Origin: Octopus bimaculoides | Lineage: Eukaryota | Reading direction: 5' to 3' | Length of the DNA stretch: 64,000 nt | Assembly: GCF_001194135.2 (NCBI RefSeq) | Contig: NC_069007.1 | Coordinates: 21,080,604 to 21,144,603, forward strand | Part shown: piece by piece, positions 38,004 through 51,345 of the stretch | Position numbering within the stretch: position 1 is the first letter of the stretch | Layout: each line of letters begins with the position of its first letter | The notes under the pieces: model-generated | Database searches by the model: none | The model's input: only the letters and a program-made list of their open reading frames with translations | Told to the model about the DNA's origin: nothing | Translations under genes and position numbers: made by a program

Positions 38004-40049
38004 ATTGTATGAACATTTCTATTCTATATGTGTCATATTATGTACATCTGTTTGTTTCCATGTGTTGAATAAGTTAAAAGAAAGAATCTCACGAAACAAA
38101 CACGAAATTATATGAAAGCAAGGCTGTTCTTTTAATACTTTCATTGTGATATTTTCTTTTCGATATTTCATCGCACTTGTGGTTACACCTTCCGTATCGT
38201 CGTTATTTCCTATGTTTGTTAATGTTAGATTAATACCTTGTTTAAATAACATTTCTCTTTCTTTTTGACATGTAAATTTGACAATTTAGTTAAATGCGGA
38301 AAAATTACGATGTAATTTGTCAGAAACAATGGGGAATGTGTAAAAGTACGAGTGTGCACTTGAAATACTGAAACGAAAAGGCACTATCGTATACAGACGA
38401 AATGAAACGGCGTTGAATTAAAACACTAGAAAATATCTAATTTGATGAAAATTACATATAAATACCCGTTTATATAATGTTACTCGAAAATTACTAGGTG
38501 AAGATAGAAAAAGAATATCGACACGACATATAAAATGATGGCTGATTGCTATTGTTTAAAAACTATCGCGTTGTAAAATTTAGGTTACTCTAATCAATCA
38601 CTAAGAACTCAGTTTTCGTACTTGAAGCATTATAAACATTTTTATGTCCATTAAAATATATAGACATTATAATAATGAAGAGTCTGTAGAATGGTTTTGT
38701 GGTTTCAAAATTTTATACTTAGGAAATACAAAACCGAATTAAGAGGAAACATTATCTTAATTGAGTTATATGTAATTAAAAAAAGAACAATAAATGTAAA
38801 AGCCAATAAATTGTCGATGGAAAGTCTCCAAGGTAACTAAACCCTTAGATTTATTATCACGGAACTGAGTAGATCAGGATTACAAAGAAATTTGTGGACA
38901 AAAGTTTTTGGTAGGGGACGAGGTTAAAGTGTGTGGTTGAAGGGAGATTTGGCTGTTGTTTCTAGCACGTGCAAGACGACCCTCGTTTTTCTTTCAAATG
39001 TGTATTTGATGTTTTTCAACATTACCCCACCATGGACGCATTTATGCTAAAAAAAACTTGTAAAATTTGAAGGCGGACCGACACCACAATCTCATCCCGT
39101 TTTTTGGGGGTTTCTTTGTAGATTCCGAACCTGTAAAAAAAAAAATTGGCATTTCAAAATTTCACCCCTCCAAATTTCTTCATTTTTCACTCTTTTCAGA
39201 CTTTTTTTTTTTGTGTGTGAAATACGTGGAAAAATACAGAGATTATGATTCTGAAACAAATTTTTCTTTTTTTTTAAATTTCAATTAAAAAAAAAAAAGA
39301 ACAATAAATAAAAGTAAATAGTATCCTCCCCTCCCCTTTGCGAATGTACGGCTATGCGTAGGTGTTTTCTATCTGCATGAAATAGGCTTTGGAGCAGCCT
39401 CTTCCTATGCTAGAAATAACAGCCAAATCGCCGACAAGCTCTACATACTTTGCAGGCAATCCTACACAATCGTACCCCATTGACTTTGTGAAATTTGTGG
39501 TCCTTATGAAAATTTACAGCATTAATTATTAAACATTGATGTTTGTTTCTCATAAAATGGTATATATTTAATTGACATTAAATTATTATTTACGATTATT
39601 TAAGGTACACACAACCTGCAAATCTTTGTCAGTTTAATGTTTTTGTATTTAATTTCGAATTGCATATGTTCGTCAATTCACTACGATCTCTCTAAAGTAA
39701 ATAAAATCAAAAATTTATATTTGTGGTGGAGATGAAATTAACTTTTTTTTTTTTTTTTGCATATTCGTAGTTTTTGACATCTAAAGCGTAGGAATGTCCA
39801 GGAAGTGTCATGATAGATGTGTCTATAATAGAAACTTCTTGAAAATAGAGAGACGGGATAAATTTAATAGTTTAGATAGAGGATACCTTCAACAATTTAT
39901 GAAAACAGAAATGTCGTAAATTTGCACTTTTGAATATCTACTTTTAAACATACTCTATGTCTTATCTTATTTTTCTATTCTTTCAGAAAATCATATGAAA
40001 TTGGCTAAAAAATATTTTTTTTACTTTTAAAAAATCACCAATATGTATC

Positions 40050-40115
40050 ATGTTTGAAAGACCCTGGAAAGATATTCTACAAACGTATAACCTTGCTTCT
40101 ATGAAACATGCCTGA
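40050..40115 (+). other. Z8 upstream ORF MFERPWKDILQTYNLASMKHA
   Basis: ATG 40050 to TGA 40115; acceptor AG 39985-39986. Confidence 0.6.
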
Positions 40116-40419
40116 ATTATAGTAAAATATTTCCACTGAGACAAAAAAACATTTCTTTACTTCACTATATGAAATGTGGAAGAGATAATTTTCTCTTTTT
40201 AAATATACCTTGTTGAATTTACAAAACTATTTGGAGCATTTCTAAATTTTGACAATTAACACATTTACAAGAAATATAACAAAAGTAATATTTGTTTGGT
40301 ATGAACTATGAAAACGAAAAAGAAGGAAAATATCCATAAATTTTGGTAAAAGAAGAAATATTTTTGAAAGGCTCTTGATTGGTAAAAGATGAAGGATTGA
40401 TTTTATTTTTCCTGAAAAG

Positions 40420-41793
40420 ATGTCGAACGAAGCTGCAAAATCATCATATCACTGTGATATCTGTGGTAAATCATTCTCTGGCAGCACTAGATTAACTACA
40501 CACAAACGTATTCATACAGGGGAGAAACCATATCAGTGTGATATCTGTGGTAAATCATTCATTGAGGGCAGTAATTTAACTAGACACAAACGTATTCATA
40601 CAGGTGAGGAACCATATCACTGTGATATGTGTGGTAAATCATTCTCTGCTCGCAGCAACTTAACTACACACAAGCGTGTTCATACGGGGGAGAAACCATA
40701 TCATTGTAATATCTGTGGTAAATCTTTCTCTGTTGGAAGTAGTTTAAATACACACAAACGTATTCATACAGGGGAGAAACCATGTACCTGTGATATCTGT
40801 GGGAAATCATTTTCTGATGGTAGTAGCTTATATAAACACAAACGCATTCATACTGGGGAGAAACCATTTCACTGTGATATCTGTGGTAAATCATTCTCTC
40901 GTAGTCATAGCTTAGATATTCACAAACATAGCCATACAGGAGACAAAAAATACCACTGTGATATCTGTGGTAAATTATTCTCTGCTGGCAGTAGCCTAAC
41001 TACACACAAACTAATTCATACAGGGGAAAAACCATATCATTGTGATGTTTGTGGTAAATCGTTCTCTGTTGGCAGTAACTTAACAGCACACAAACTAATT
41101 CATACAGGCGAGAAACCATATCACTGTGATATCTGTGGTAAATCATTCTCTGATGGCAGTAACTTGACTAAACACAAACGCATTCATACAGGAGAGAAAC
41201 CATATCACTGTGATATCTGTGGTAAATCATTCGCTCGTACTTATAGCTTAGATATTCACAAACATATCCATACAGGAGATAAAGGCTACCACTGTGATAT
41301 CTGTGGTAAGTCATTCTCTGCTGGCAGTAGATTAATTACACACAAACTAATTCATACAGGGGAGAAACCACATCACTGTGATATCTGTGGTAAATCTTTC
41401 TCCACTGGTAGTAACTTAACTACACACAGACGTATTCATACAGGGAAGAAACCATATCACTGTGATATCTGTGGCAAATCATTCAGTCAGACGGGTAACT
41501 TAACTACACACAAACGTACTCATACAGGTGAACAACCATATCACTGTGATATCTGTGGTAAATCATTCTCTATTGGTAGTAGCTTAACTACACACATACG
41601 CGTTCATACCGGGGAGAAACCATATCGCTGCAATATCTGTGGTAAATCATTCTCTGAAAATAGTATCTTAACTACACACAAACGTATTCATACTGGAGTA
41701 AAACCATATCATTGTGATATCTGCAGTAAATCATTCTCACAAAAACATCACTTAATTAAACACAAGTGCATTCGTTATGCAAAGGATCCATAG
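40420..41793 (+). CDS. Z8: C2H2 zinc-finger protein, 457 aa, 15 fingers plus terminal incomplete finger
   Basis: Uninterrupted ORF ending [11 protein letters not shown]. Confidence 0.93.
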   Translation: MSNEAAKSSYHCDICGKSFSGSTRLTTHKRIHTGEKPYQCDICGKSFIEGSNLTRHKRIHTGEEPYHCDMCGKSFSARSNLTTHKRVHTGEKPYHCNICGKSFSVGSSLNTHKRIHTGEKPCTCDICGKSFSDGSSLYKHKRIHTGEKPFHCDICGKSFSRSHSLDIHKHSHTGDKKYHCDICGKLFSAGSSLTTHKLIHTGEKPYHCDVCGKSFSVGSNLTAHKLIHTGEKPYHCDICGKSFSDGSNLTKHKRIHTGEKPYHCDICGKSFARTYSLDIHKHIHTGDKGYHCDICGKSFSAGSRLITHKLIHTGEKPHHCDICGKSFSTGSNLTTHRRIHTGKKPYHCDICGKSFSQTGNLTTHKRTHTGEQPYHCDICGKSFSIGSSLTTHIRVHTGEKPYRCNICGKSFSENSILTTHKRIHTGVKPYHCDICSKSFSQKHHLIKHKCIRYAKDP

Positions 41794-42559
41794 CATAGTG
41801 ACATTTGTTGTATAACATTCCTTCAGGAAAACCTCTACACATGATTGAAACTATGTTATGAATGTGATATCTATAGTAAATCTTTCATCTCAGATTATCC
41901 ATTAACTAATCAAAAGAGCATTGACAGAGGAAGGTAAACATGACTGATATTAAACCTTAATCATTCTTTCAAAATGGTGAATTAATTCTACAGTCATATT
42001 AATATGAAAGATATAACTATGCCTCAAGATATTTATGCTTAATTAATCTATGAAAATGATCAATTATTGAAACATAAATGCATTGATACAGAAGAGGAAC
42101 CATATCACTACGATAATGATGATGATCCTCATCATTTAAAATTCACTTTTCCATTCTTCTGTGGATCAGATGGAATTCATTGATGGGGATTTTCTTCAGT
42201 CGGATGCCTTTCCCATCACCCATCCTCAACTGTTTCCAAGCAAGGAAATATTTTCCATGGTGAGATATATTTTACACAGAAAACTAGAAATGAAGGACTG
42301 CATCTGTATGATGGCCATTTACAAGCTTCACGTGATATCTGGACAAAGGTACACACTCACTGACACACAAATATGTATGTCTGGAGAATTTCTTAAAGGA
42401 AATATTTTACATTGTTTATCTACATTTAAATATTTGTAATTCCTGTTAGAAAATGAAACACATGTAATGCTGAATAAATAATATCAAACTCTTCTCCAGT
42501 CTCATGTGATAAGTAATTTTACTCTGCAAAAAATATTATCCAAACCTTCCACAAAAATA

Positions 42560-43026
42560 ATACACGCACACACACACAGATGTATATATATATATTACAT
42601 ATATACCGCCCACATACATGACAAACATACATGCGCGCCCTCACACACACATATAGACGAATGCACATATATATACACACACACCCATATATACGTGCAC
42701 GCCTACATACACAGCCGCATACACACAGGAGTGCACACACAAAATAACACACATACGCATGCACACACCTCTCACATACATAAAACCACATACACATATA
42801 CACACACCTCTCACATACACAATACTCACTCACATACATAACACACACGCACGCACGAAAACATACACAATATACACATACACGCATGCACAAAAAATAT
42901 ACACACGCGCACACGGAAACACACATACAGACACACATAAACACACACACACACCCGTACCTAACACTCACAATCCCACACACACACGCACATCCACACA
43001 CACCAACACTACACACTCACACAGAC
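42560..43026. repeat. Degenerate (CA)n-rich simple repeat
   Basis: Direct inspection; runs into a gap. Confidence 0.9.
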
Positions 43027-44769
43027 NNNNNNNNNNNNNNNNNNNNNNNNNNNNNNNNNNNNNNNNNNNNNNNNNNNNNNNNNNNNNNNNNNNNNNNNNN
43101 NNNNNNNNNNNNNNNNNNNNNNNNNNNNNNNNNNNNNNNNNNNNNNNNNNNNNNNNNNNNNNNNNNNNNNNNNNNNNNNNNNNNNNNNNNNNNNNNNNNN
43201 NNNNNNNNNNNNNNNNNNNNNNNNNNNNNNNNNNNNNNNNNNNNNNNNNNNNNNNNNNNNNNNNNNNNNNNNNNNNNNNNNNNNNNNNNNNNNNNNNNNN
43301 NNNNNNNNNNNNNNNNNNNNNNNNNNNNNNNNNNNNNNNNNNNNNNNNNNNNNNNNNNNNNNNNNNNNNNNNNNNNNNNNNNNNNNNNNNNNNNNNNNNN
43401 NNNNNNNNNNNNNNNNNNNNNNNNNNNNNNNNNNNNNNNNNNNNNNNNNNNNNNNNNNNNNNNNNNNNNNNNNNNNNNNNNNNNNNNNNNNNNNNNNNNN
43501 NNNNNNNNNNNNNNNNNNNNNNNNNNNNNNNNNNNNNNNNNNNNNNNNNNNNNNNNNNNNNNNNNNNNNNNNNNNNNNNNNNNNNNNNNNNNNNNNNNNN
43601 NNNNNNNNNNNNNNNNNNNNNNNNNNNNNNNNNNNNNNNNNNNNNNNNNNNNNNNNNNNNNNNNNNNNNNNNNNNNNNNNNNNNNNNNNNNNNNNNNNNN
43701 NNNNNNNNNNNNNNNNNNNNNNNNNNNNNNNNNNNNNNNNNNNNNNNNNNNNNNNNNNNNNNNNNNNNNNNNNNNNTAACACTATCCATATCACGTCCTC
43801 ACTTTGTTGTTTTTTTGAACTTATATTTATATATATATATATATATATATAATAATATTATTAGGGACAAAATATATATATATATATATAATAAAGTGTA
43901 TGCCATGTTACATTAAATTTTTACTCACATGAAACCATGACTCCTATTTTTTACTATACAATTTTTGTTTTCTAGATGAAAAATTTGAATTTCAATTTCA
44001 AAACGTAATTTTATTTGTTTATGGTTAAAATGGAAAAAAAAAAACATTGTTAATTAATATAATCGAAGATTTGAAATGAAATAAGTTTTGTTCCTGAAAC
44101 TTATAGTGATGATGATGATGATAGTGTTGGTGGTGGTGTGTTGATCACAAATGGATTTTCTTTTTTATAGAGACCATCACTTGTCACACTTGCACTTCGA
44201 TGCAATTATTTATAGTCTTCTCACCTAAGAAATTGATATTTGTTCCTAAGGATTAATTTAGCCTAAACTATGGATTCACAAGAACCACAGTTGCAAGCTG
44301 TCTGAGAATAGGGTGCACAGATATAGAGCACGGAACAGTGAGAGGATATAATAATAAAAAAAGACTGCACCGATGGTGTTGTGAGGAATTGGATGTAGAC
44401 AGACGCCAACTATATTTAAAGAAAGCTAAAACTATGAATGCTATTAAAATGGAAATCATCCTTTCTTTCTTAAATAGGTCCTCTTAATTTTTTAAAATTA
44501 TTTTAAACGAAGTTGGCAGTCTGGCAGGATCCTTAGCATATTGAGCAAAGTACTTAGCTGGGTTCTTCTGACATCACTTGTGCCTTTAAATTCTGCCAAA
44601 GTGGACTTTGTCTTTCATTCAGGGGGGTGATGCAAAGAAGCACCAGTTGAGCACTGGAGTTGACATGGAATTGCTGGCTTTGTGCCAATATTTGAAAACA
44701 ATATTAATTCCAGTCTCTTATCTTCTTTCTTGCCCGGTGGAAATGCCATGACCATGTTGGCTTGTTCCT

Positions 44770-45073
44770 GGAGATTAGTTCCCCTTGCTCATAGTTCATT
44801 CTTCCGAATTCTGTTTATTTCTTGCTCTCGTTTCTTACGCATCTTAATTGCTTGATCAGTTCCACTTTACAACTGATATTTAAGAGAAAACCCTATCAAA
44901 AATATATACACGATTGGTAATTAACTGTCTAAAGAAACAGATACAGCATTTTTTTATTACGTTGACCTGAAAAATTTGAAGTAACGTTTGTTGTGAAAAG
45001 GAAGAAATTCAGTTGAAGCTGTCATTGTCCACTCTGACTCGTTGACTGTCTCTGTCTATATTACTATGTAAGT
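44770..45073 (+). promoter_or_regulatory. Z9 promoter/exon-1 block with GTAAGT donor
   Basis: Near-identical to the Z8 block; donor 45068-45073. Confidence 0.6.
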
Positions 45074-46299
45074 ATTGTATGAACATTTCTATTCTATATG
45101 TGTCATATTATGTACATCTGTTTGTTTCCATGTGTTGAATAAGTTAAAAGAAAGAATCTCACGAAACAAACACGAAATTATATGGAAGTAAGGCTGTTCT
45201 TTTAATACTTTCATTGTGTTATTTGCTTGTAGATATTTCATCGCACTTGTGGTTATTTACTATGTTTGTTAATGTTAGATTAATACATTGTTTAGATAGC
45301 ATTTCTCTTTCTTTTTGACAATTTAGTTAAATACGGGAGAGTACGGTGTAATTTGTAAAGAAAAATGGGGAATGTGTAAAAGTAGGAGTGTGTACTTGAA
45401 CTATGAAACGAAAAGGCATTATCATATTAGAGAGGAAATGGAACGGCTTTGAATTGAAACGCTAGAAAGTACCTAATTTGACCAAAAATAAATATAATAA
45501 TCCGTTTATATAATCTTTTACTCGAAAATTACTAGGTGAAGATATAAAAAGAATATCGACACGACATATAAAATGATGGCTGATTGCCATTGTTTAAAAA
45601 CTATCGTGTTGTGAAATTTAGTTTACTCGAATCAGTCAATAATAGCTCCATTTGCCATGCTTGAAGGATTATAAACATTTTTATGTCCATTAAAATATAT
45701 AGACATTATAATAAAGTCATTGAGGATGGTTTTAAGTGTGGTTTCAAAATTTTATACTTAGGAAATACAAAACCGAATTAAGAGGAAGCATTATCTTAAT
45801 TGAGTCATGTAATTAAAAAAAAGTACAATAAATGTAAAAGCTAATAAATTATCGATGGAAAGTCTCCAAGGTAACTAAAACCATAGATTTATTATCACGG
45901 AACTGAGTAGATTATGATTAAAAAGTTTTTGGTAGGAGACGAGGAAAAAGTGCGATTTTAGGGAGATTTGGCTGTTGTTTCTAGCACGTGCAAGATCACC
46001 CTCGTTTTTCTCTCAAACATGTATTGATGTGCTTACATTATAATTCCGTCGAAATTTTCCTATAAATTGCTTTATAATCGTTTGTAAGGTATTTGTAGAA
46101 AATTTCATTAAATTATATTCATTTTCCTGAAGTTTACGAATGGAAAAACGGATCGTATGAATTTTACGGAAATCCTCTCCCAACTCCCTCGCAAAAATTC
46201 TTACGCATAAATCCCCACGTATTCTTAATCCACAACATATAAACGAGATTTCTTGAAGATTATCCACTTTTCTGGAAGTTCCGAGGCAACAAAGTCAAT

Positions 46300-46450
46300 G
46301 GGGTACAGATTCTATCAAAGAGCTAACTTAACTATTCACACAAGCGTTCATACAGGGGAGAAACCATATCACTGTGACATCAATGGTACATCATTCTCTG
46401 TAGTAGTAACTAGACACAAGCATACTCAGACACCGGAGAAAACCTCCCTC
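46300..46450 (+). pseudogene. Zinc-finger C-terminal relic inside the Z9 intron
   Basis: [47 protein letters not shown] aligns to the Z5/Z9 C-terminus. Confidence 0.65.
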
Positions 46451-46761
46451 AGACGAAAACATCAGATATCTAGTGTCATTGACATGTATATTGGTGTGTG
46501 TGTCTATAACAGAACTTATGTCCTGGAGATGTTATTATAATATATAAACTTCTTGAAAATAGAGAGATGGGATAAGTTTAAAAGTTCAGTTAAAGGATTC
46601 CTTCTACAATTTATGAAAACAGAAATGTCGTAAATTTGCACTTTTGAATATCTACCTTTTAAACATTTTTGGCCTTATATTATTTTTCTGTTCTTTCAGA
46701 AAATCACATGAAATTGGCAAAAGAGTATTTTTTTACTTTTAAAGAATCACCAATATGTATC

Positions 46762-46827
46762 ATGTTCGAAAGACTCTGCAAAGATATTCTACAAACGTAT
46801 AACCCTGCTTCTATAAAACGTTGCTGA
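46762..46827 (+). other. Z9 upstream ORF MFERLCKDILQTYNPASIKRC
   Basis: ATG 46762 to TGA 46827; acceptor AG 46698-46699. Confidence 0.6.
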
Positions 46828-47024
46828 ATTACTGTGAAATATTTCCTCTGAGAGAGAAAGCATTTCTTTCCTTTAGTGTCTGAAATGTGCAAGAGACAAT
46901 TTTCTCTTCTAAATTTTGACAAACATCACATTTAGAAGATATATAAGAGAAGTGATATATGTTTGGAATAATCTGTAAAAGAAGAAAAATAGCCATATAT
47001 TTTGCTGAGAGAANNNNNNNNNNC

Positions 47025-48515
47025 TCAAATGACAGTCACTTAACTCGACACATACGTATTCATACTGGAGAGAAACCTTATCCCTGTGATATCTGTGGTA
47101 AATCATTGTCTGACAGGAATAGCTTAACTCAACACAAACGTATTCATACAGGGGAGAAACCGTATGGCTGTGATATCTGTGGTGAATCATTCTCTGTTGG
47201 CAGTACCTTAAATCGACACAAACGTATCCATACAGGGGAGAAACCATATCACTGTGATTTATGTGGTAAATCTTTCTCTGAAAACTGTAACTTAACACAA
47301 CACAAACGTATTCATACGGGGGAAAAACCATATCACTGTGATGTCTGTGGTAAATCATTGTCTGATAGGAGTAGCTTCACTCGACACAAACGTATGCATA
47401 CAGGAGAGAAACCATATCACTGTGATGTCTGTGGTAAATCTTTCTCTGAAAATGGTAACTTAACTCAACACAAACGTATTCATACGGGGGAGAAACCATA
47501 TCACTGTGATATCTGTGGTAAATCATTCTCTGAGGGCAGTCACTTAACTCAACACAAACGTATTCATACAGGAGAAAAACCTTATCCCTGTGATATCTGT
47601 GGTGAATCATTCTCTGTTACAAGTAGCTTAAATCGACACAAACGTATCCATACAGGAGAGAAACCATATCACTGTGATTTATGTGGTAAATCTTTCCCTG
47701 AAAACTGTAGCTTAACTCAACACAAACGTATTCATACAGGAGAAAGACCTTATCCCTGTGATATCTGTGGTAAATCATTCTCTGGGGGCAGTCACTTAAC
47801 TCAACACAAACGTATTCATACAGGAGAAAGACCTTATCCCTGTGATATCTGTGGTAAATCATTCTCTGATGGCAGTAACTTCATTCGACACAAACGTATT
47901 CATACGGGGGAGAAACCTTATAACTGTAATATCTGTGGTAAATCATTCTCTGAGGGCAGTCACTTAACTCAACACAAATGTATTCATACAGGAGAAAAAC
48001 CTTATCCCTGTGATATCTGTGGTGAATCATTCTCTGTTAAAAGTAGCTTAAATCGACACAAACGTATCCATACAGGAGAGAAACCATATCACTGTGATTT
48101 ATGTGGTAAATCTTTCTCTGAAAATGGTAGCCTAACTCAACATAAACGTATTCATACGGGGGAGAAACCTTATAACTGTAGAATCTGTGGTAATTCATTC
48201 TCTAGTGACAGTCATTTAACTCGACACACACGTATTCATACAGGAGAGAAACCGTATGGCTGTGATATCTGTGGTGAATCATTCTCTGTTGGCAGTAGCT
48301 TAAATCGACACAAACGTATTCATACAGGGGAGAAACCATATCACTGTGGTATCTGTGGTGAATCATTCTATCACAGAGGTAACTTTACTACTCACTCAAG
48401 GATTCACACAGGGGAGAAGCCATATCACTGTGACATCTGTGATAAATCATTCTCTGTTAGTAGTTGCCTAACTAGACACAAGCGTATTCATGCAGTGGAG
48501 AAAACCTCCCTGTGA
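47025..48515 (+). CDS. Z9: C2H2 zinc-finger protein, start lost in a collapsed gap, at least 18 fingers
   Basis: Open finger array from the 10-N gap (47014-47023) to TGA; by homology to Z7 about 330 bp including the ATG is missing. Confidence 0.88.
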   Translation, partial: SNDSHLTRHIRIHTGEKPYPCDICGKSLSDRNSLTQHKRIHTGEKPYGCDICGESFSVGSTLNRHKRIHTGEKPYHCDLCGKSFSENCNLTQHKRIHTGEKPYHCDVCGKSLSDRSSFTRHKRMHTGEKPYHCDVCGKSFSENGNLTQHKRIHTGEKPYHCDICGKSFSEGSHLTQHKRIHTGEKPYPCDICGESFSVTSSLNRHKRIHTGEKPYHCDLCGKSFPENCSLTQHKRIHTGERPYPCDICGKSFSGGSHLTQHKRIHTGERPYPCDICGKSFSDGSNFIRHKRIHTGEKPYNCNICGKSFSEGSHLTQHKCIHTGEKPYPCDICGESFSVKSSLNRHKRIHTGEKPYHCDLCGKSFSENGSLTQHKRIHTGEKPYNCRICGNSFSSDSHLTRHTRIHTGEKPYGCDICGESFSVGSSLNRHKRIHTGEKPYHCGICGESFYHRGNFTTHSRIHTGEKPYHCDICDKSFSVSSCLTRHKRIHAVEKTSL

Positions 48516-48723
48516 TATCAGCGGCAAATCATTCCATCAAAGAAGTAACTTAACTACTCACGGTCACTTAACTATACTCATATTTAAATTGGAGAAAAAC
48601 CAGTTCACAGTTATATCTATGGTAAGTCATTGCTGATTTAAACAGAGGTCTTTCCTTATGAAGTGGATCCATAACACAGTGATATTTGTTGTATAACATT
48701 TCCTCAGAAGGACAAATGTGTAT

Positions 48724-48785
48724 CAGTCAAATCATCCAACCCATGCTAGCATGGAAAGCGGACGTTAAACGATGATGATGAATGA
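48724..48785 (+). mobile_element. (GAT)n-tailed SINE 3' end in the Z9 3' region
   Basis: CAGTCAAATCATCCAACCCATGCTAGCATGGAAAGCGGACGTTAAACGATGATGATG. Confidence 0.8.
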
Positions 48786-49811
48786 TACATTAATAATAAC
48801 TGAGAATGAGAATTTTATTAATTTTATTATAGTTTATAAAGAACACTATACTTCTTGAAGTAGAATTTGGCTAATTTACCTTAAATATAGAAAAAAAAGG
48901 TGACTAATTGGACAGACTTACAAATTAGCTGAACAGTTTTGTACAATAAATTAAAAAAGTTAAGATCTGTAGAGTGATAAATTAGAAGAACTGCTGCTTT
49001 AATATATTCCTAACTCTCCGTTATATCACAACCTTCCACTAACTTTTTAAACCATAAAATAACTATTACATCTCATGCAGGATTCTTTCTCAGTCTATTC
49101 TCTCTCCCTTTCTTTTGGCCTCTCTCTTCACCTTATCCTCTTTTATTCCCCCCCCCTTTTTTTTCTCTAATAATATGGAAGTGTTACTGACAGGCTCAGT
49201 AACATAATGACCAGCAGAATTATTATAAGACCACCTTTCTTCCCTCCCTCCCTACAAATCTTATTTCACTACTCTACGTAATCAAAGAATAACAGCTGAA
49301 CAAACAAGCTTTAAGTAAACAACGCACAGAGTAAACTGGATACGAAATGATATATATCCACCAATATAACTATGATTATCACTGGAAAATACCCACACGG
49401 ATTCTATACATGGATATTTACTTTTGGAATGGAACTATACTCCAAGTACTTTTTCTTCTTTGTTTTTTTCTTCTCCGCATCGCTCCCATTTCTTACTGCA
49501 AATCTCCTCATACAGATGTAATAATCCTTATCTTCTACTATTACCGTCTCCGATGAAGGGATACATTGAATTTTCCCTGAAACGGCTGTTAAGACATTCT
49601 ACATAAAATAAAAATTTACTTATGCCATTGGTCTCTTTATCTCATTCTTTTTTATATATTCACACGCTAATACACGACCCATGTTATATTCCCTATTCAT
49701 GTTGCAACCACATCTGGGGCAAAACTAGTCAGTATACAGCACTTACTCGGTAGTACCTGTATCATTCAGGTCTGGTTGACTCCATTACCCTTCATATATA
49801 TATATATATAT

Positions 49812-49908
49812 GTTGTTTAATGTCCGCTTTCCATGCTAGCATGGGTTGGACGATTTGACTGAGGACTGGTGAAACCAGATGGCTACACCAGGCTCCAATC
49901 TGATTTGG
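49812..49908 (-). mobile_element. (GAT)n-family SINE fragment
   Basis: Matches the 7278 copy; ends at a gap. Confidence 0.75.
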
Positions 49909-51147
49909 NNNNNNNNNNGAGAGGAGTGGTACCAATACAGTTATCAACATAATAGTTGTAGAGGTCTGGGTTTAAGATCAGTGAATCTTAAAAATGATGA
50001 GGAACTTAAATGCACTGATGCAGTTGAGGACCTCTCTCATGCCAGTGACCATTCCAAGAAACAGTGAGTAAATGTTGCCCATAAAGGAGAAACAATTCAG
50101 AGTAAGATAAAGTTCTGTTCGACAGAGAAGGGTGGAGGTTCTAGGATAAATAATAGTGAAAGAGGGGCCAGGCAGAAGAGAGGCTCTTATGATGAGAGAT
50201 GACACTCATGGCAAAAATGGGGCAGGAAGGACTGGGGGGGGGTAGGAAGAATTGAAGAGGGAAGAGAGTATGTTTAGTATTGTGAATCTAGGAGGAAGGT
50301 ATTGAGTTGAGTGGCAAGGACNNNNNNNNNNNNNNNNNNNNNNNNNNNNNNNNNNNNNNNNNNNNNNNNNNNNNNNNNNNNNNNNNNNNNNNNNNNNNNN
50401 NNNNNNNNNNNNNNNNNNNNNNNNNNNNNNNNNNNNNNNNNNNNNNNNNNNNNNNNNNNNNNNNNNNNNNNNNNNNNNNNNNNNNNNNNNNNNNNNNNNN
50501 NNNNNNNNNNNNNNNNNNNNNNNNNNNNNNNNNNNNNNNNNNNNNNNNNNNNNNNNNNNNNNNNNNNNNNNNNNNNNNNNNNNNNNNNNNNNNNNNNNNN
50601 NNNNNNNNNNNNNNNNNNNNNNNNNNNNNNNNNNNNNNNNNNNNNNNNNNNNNNNNNNNNNNNNNNNNNNNNNNNNNNNNNNNNNNNNNNNNNNNNNNNN
50701 NNNNNNNNNNNNNNNNNNNNNNNNNNNNNNNNNNNNNNNNNNNNNNNNNNNNNNNNNNNNNNNNNNNNNNNNNNNNNNNNNNNNNNNNNNNNNNNNNNNN
50801 NNNNNNNNNNNNNNNNNNNNNNNNNNNNNNNNNNNNNNNNNNNNNNNNNNNNNNNNNNNNNNNNNNNNNNNNNNNNNNNNNNNNNNNNNNNNNNNNNNNN
50901 NNNNNNNNNNNNNNNNNNNNNNNNNNNNNNNNNNNNNNNNNNNNNNNNNNNNNNNNNNNNNNNNNNNNNNNNNNNNNNNNNNNNNNNNNNNNNNNNNNNN
51001 NNNNNNNNNNNNNNNNNNNNNNNNNNNNNNNNNNNNNNNNNNNNNNNNNNNNNNNNNNNNNNNNNNNNNNNNNNNNNNNNNNNNNNNNNNNNNNNNNNNN
51101 NNNNNNNNNNNNNNNNNNNNNNNNNNNNNNNNNNNNNNNNNNNNNNC

Positions 51148-51345
51148 GGCCACGCTCAAAATGGTGCATCTCATGTGCCACCCGCACAAGAACCAGTCCA
51201 GGGGCACTGGCAACGATCTTACTTGGCTTGCCGGGTCTTCTCACGCACAGCACATTTCCAAAGGTCTCGGTCAGTAGCCATCGCCTCGGTGAGGCCCAAT
51301 GTACGAAGGTCTTGCCTCACCACCTCAGCCCAGGTACATGTGAAA
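51148..51345 (-). mobile_element. Upstream portion of the (GAT)n-family element
   Basis: Begins GGCCACGCTCAAAATGGTG, continuing the family sequence seen at the 14581 copy boundary. Confidence 0.55.

Noticed and set aside
42506-43916. His/Thr-rich and Cys/Val-rich ORFs, and the YI-rich ORFs near 17650-18170
   Set aside because: Translations of (CA)n, (TG)n and (TA)n simple repeats.
46959-47024. MFGIICKRRKIAIYFAER as the Z9 N-terminus
   Set aside because: It is leader/intron sequence, identical to non-coding Z7 flank, joined in frame only by the arbitrary 10-N gap.
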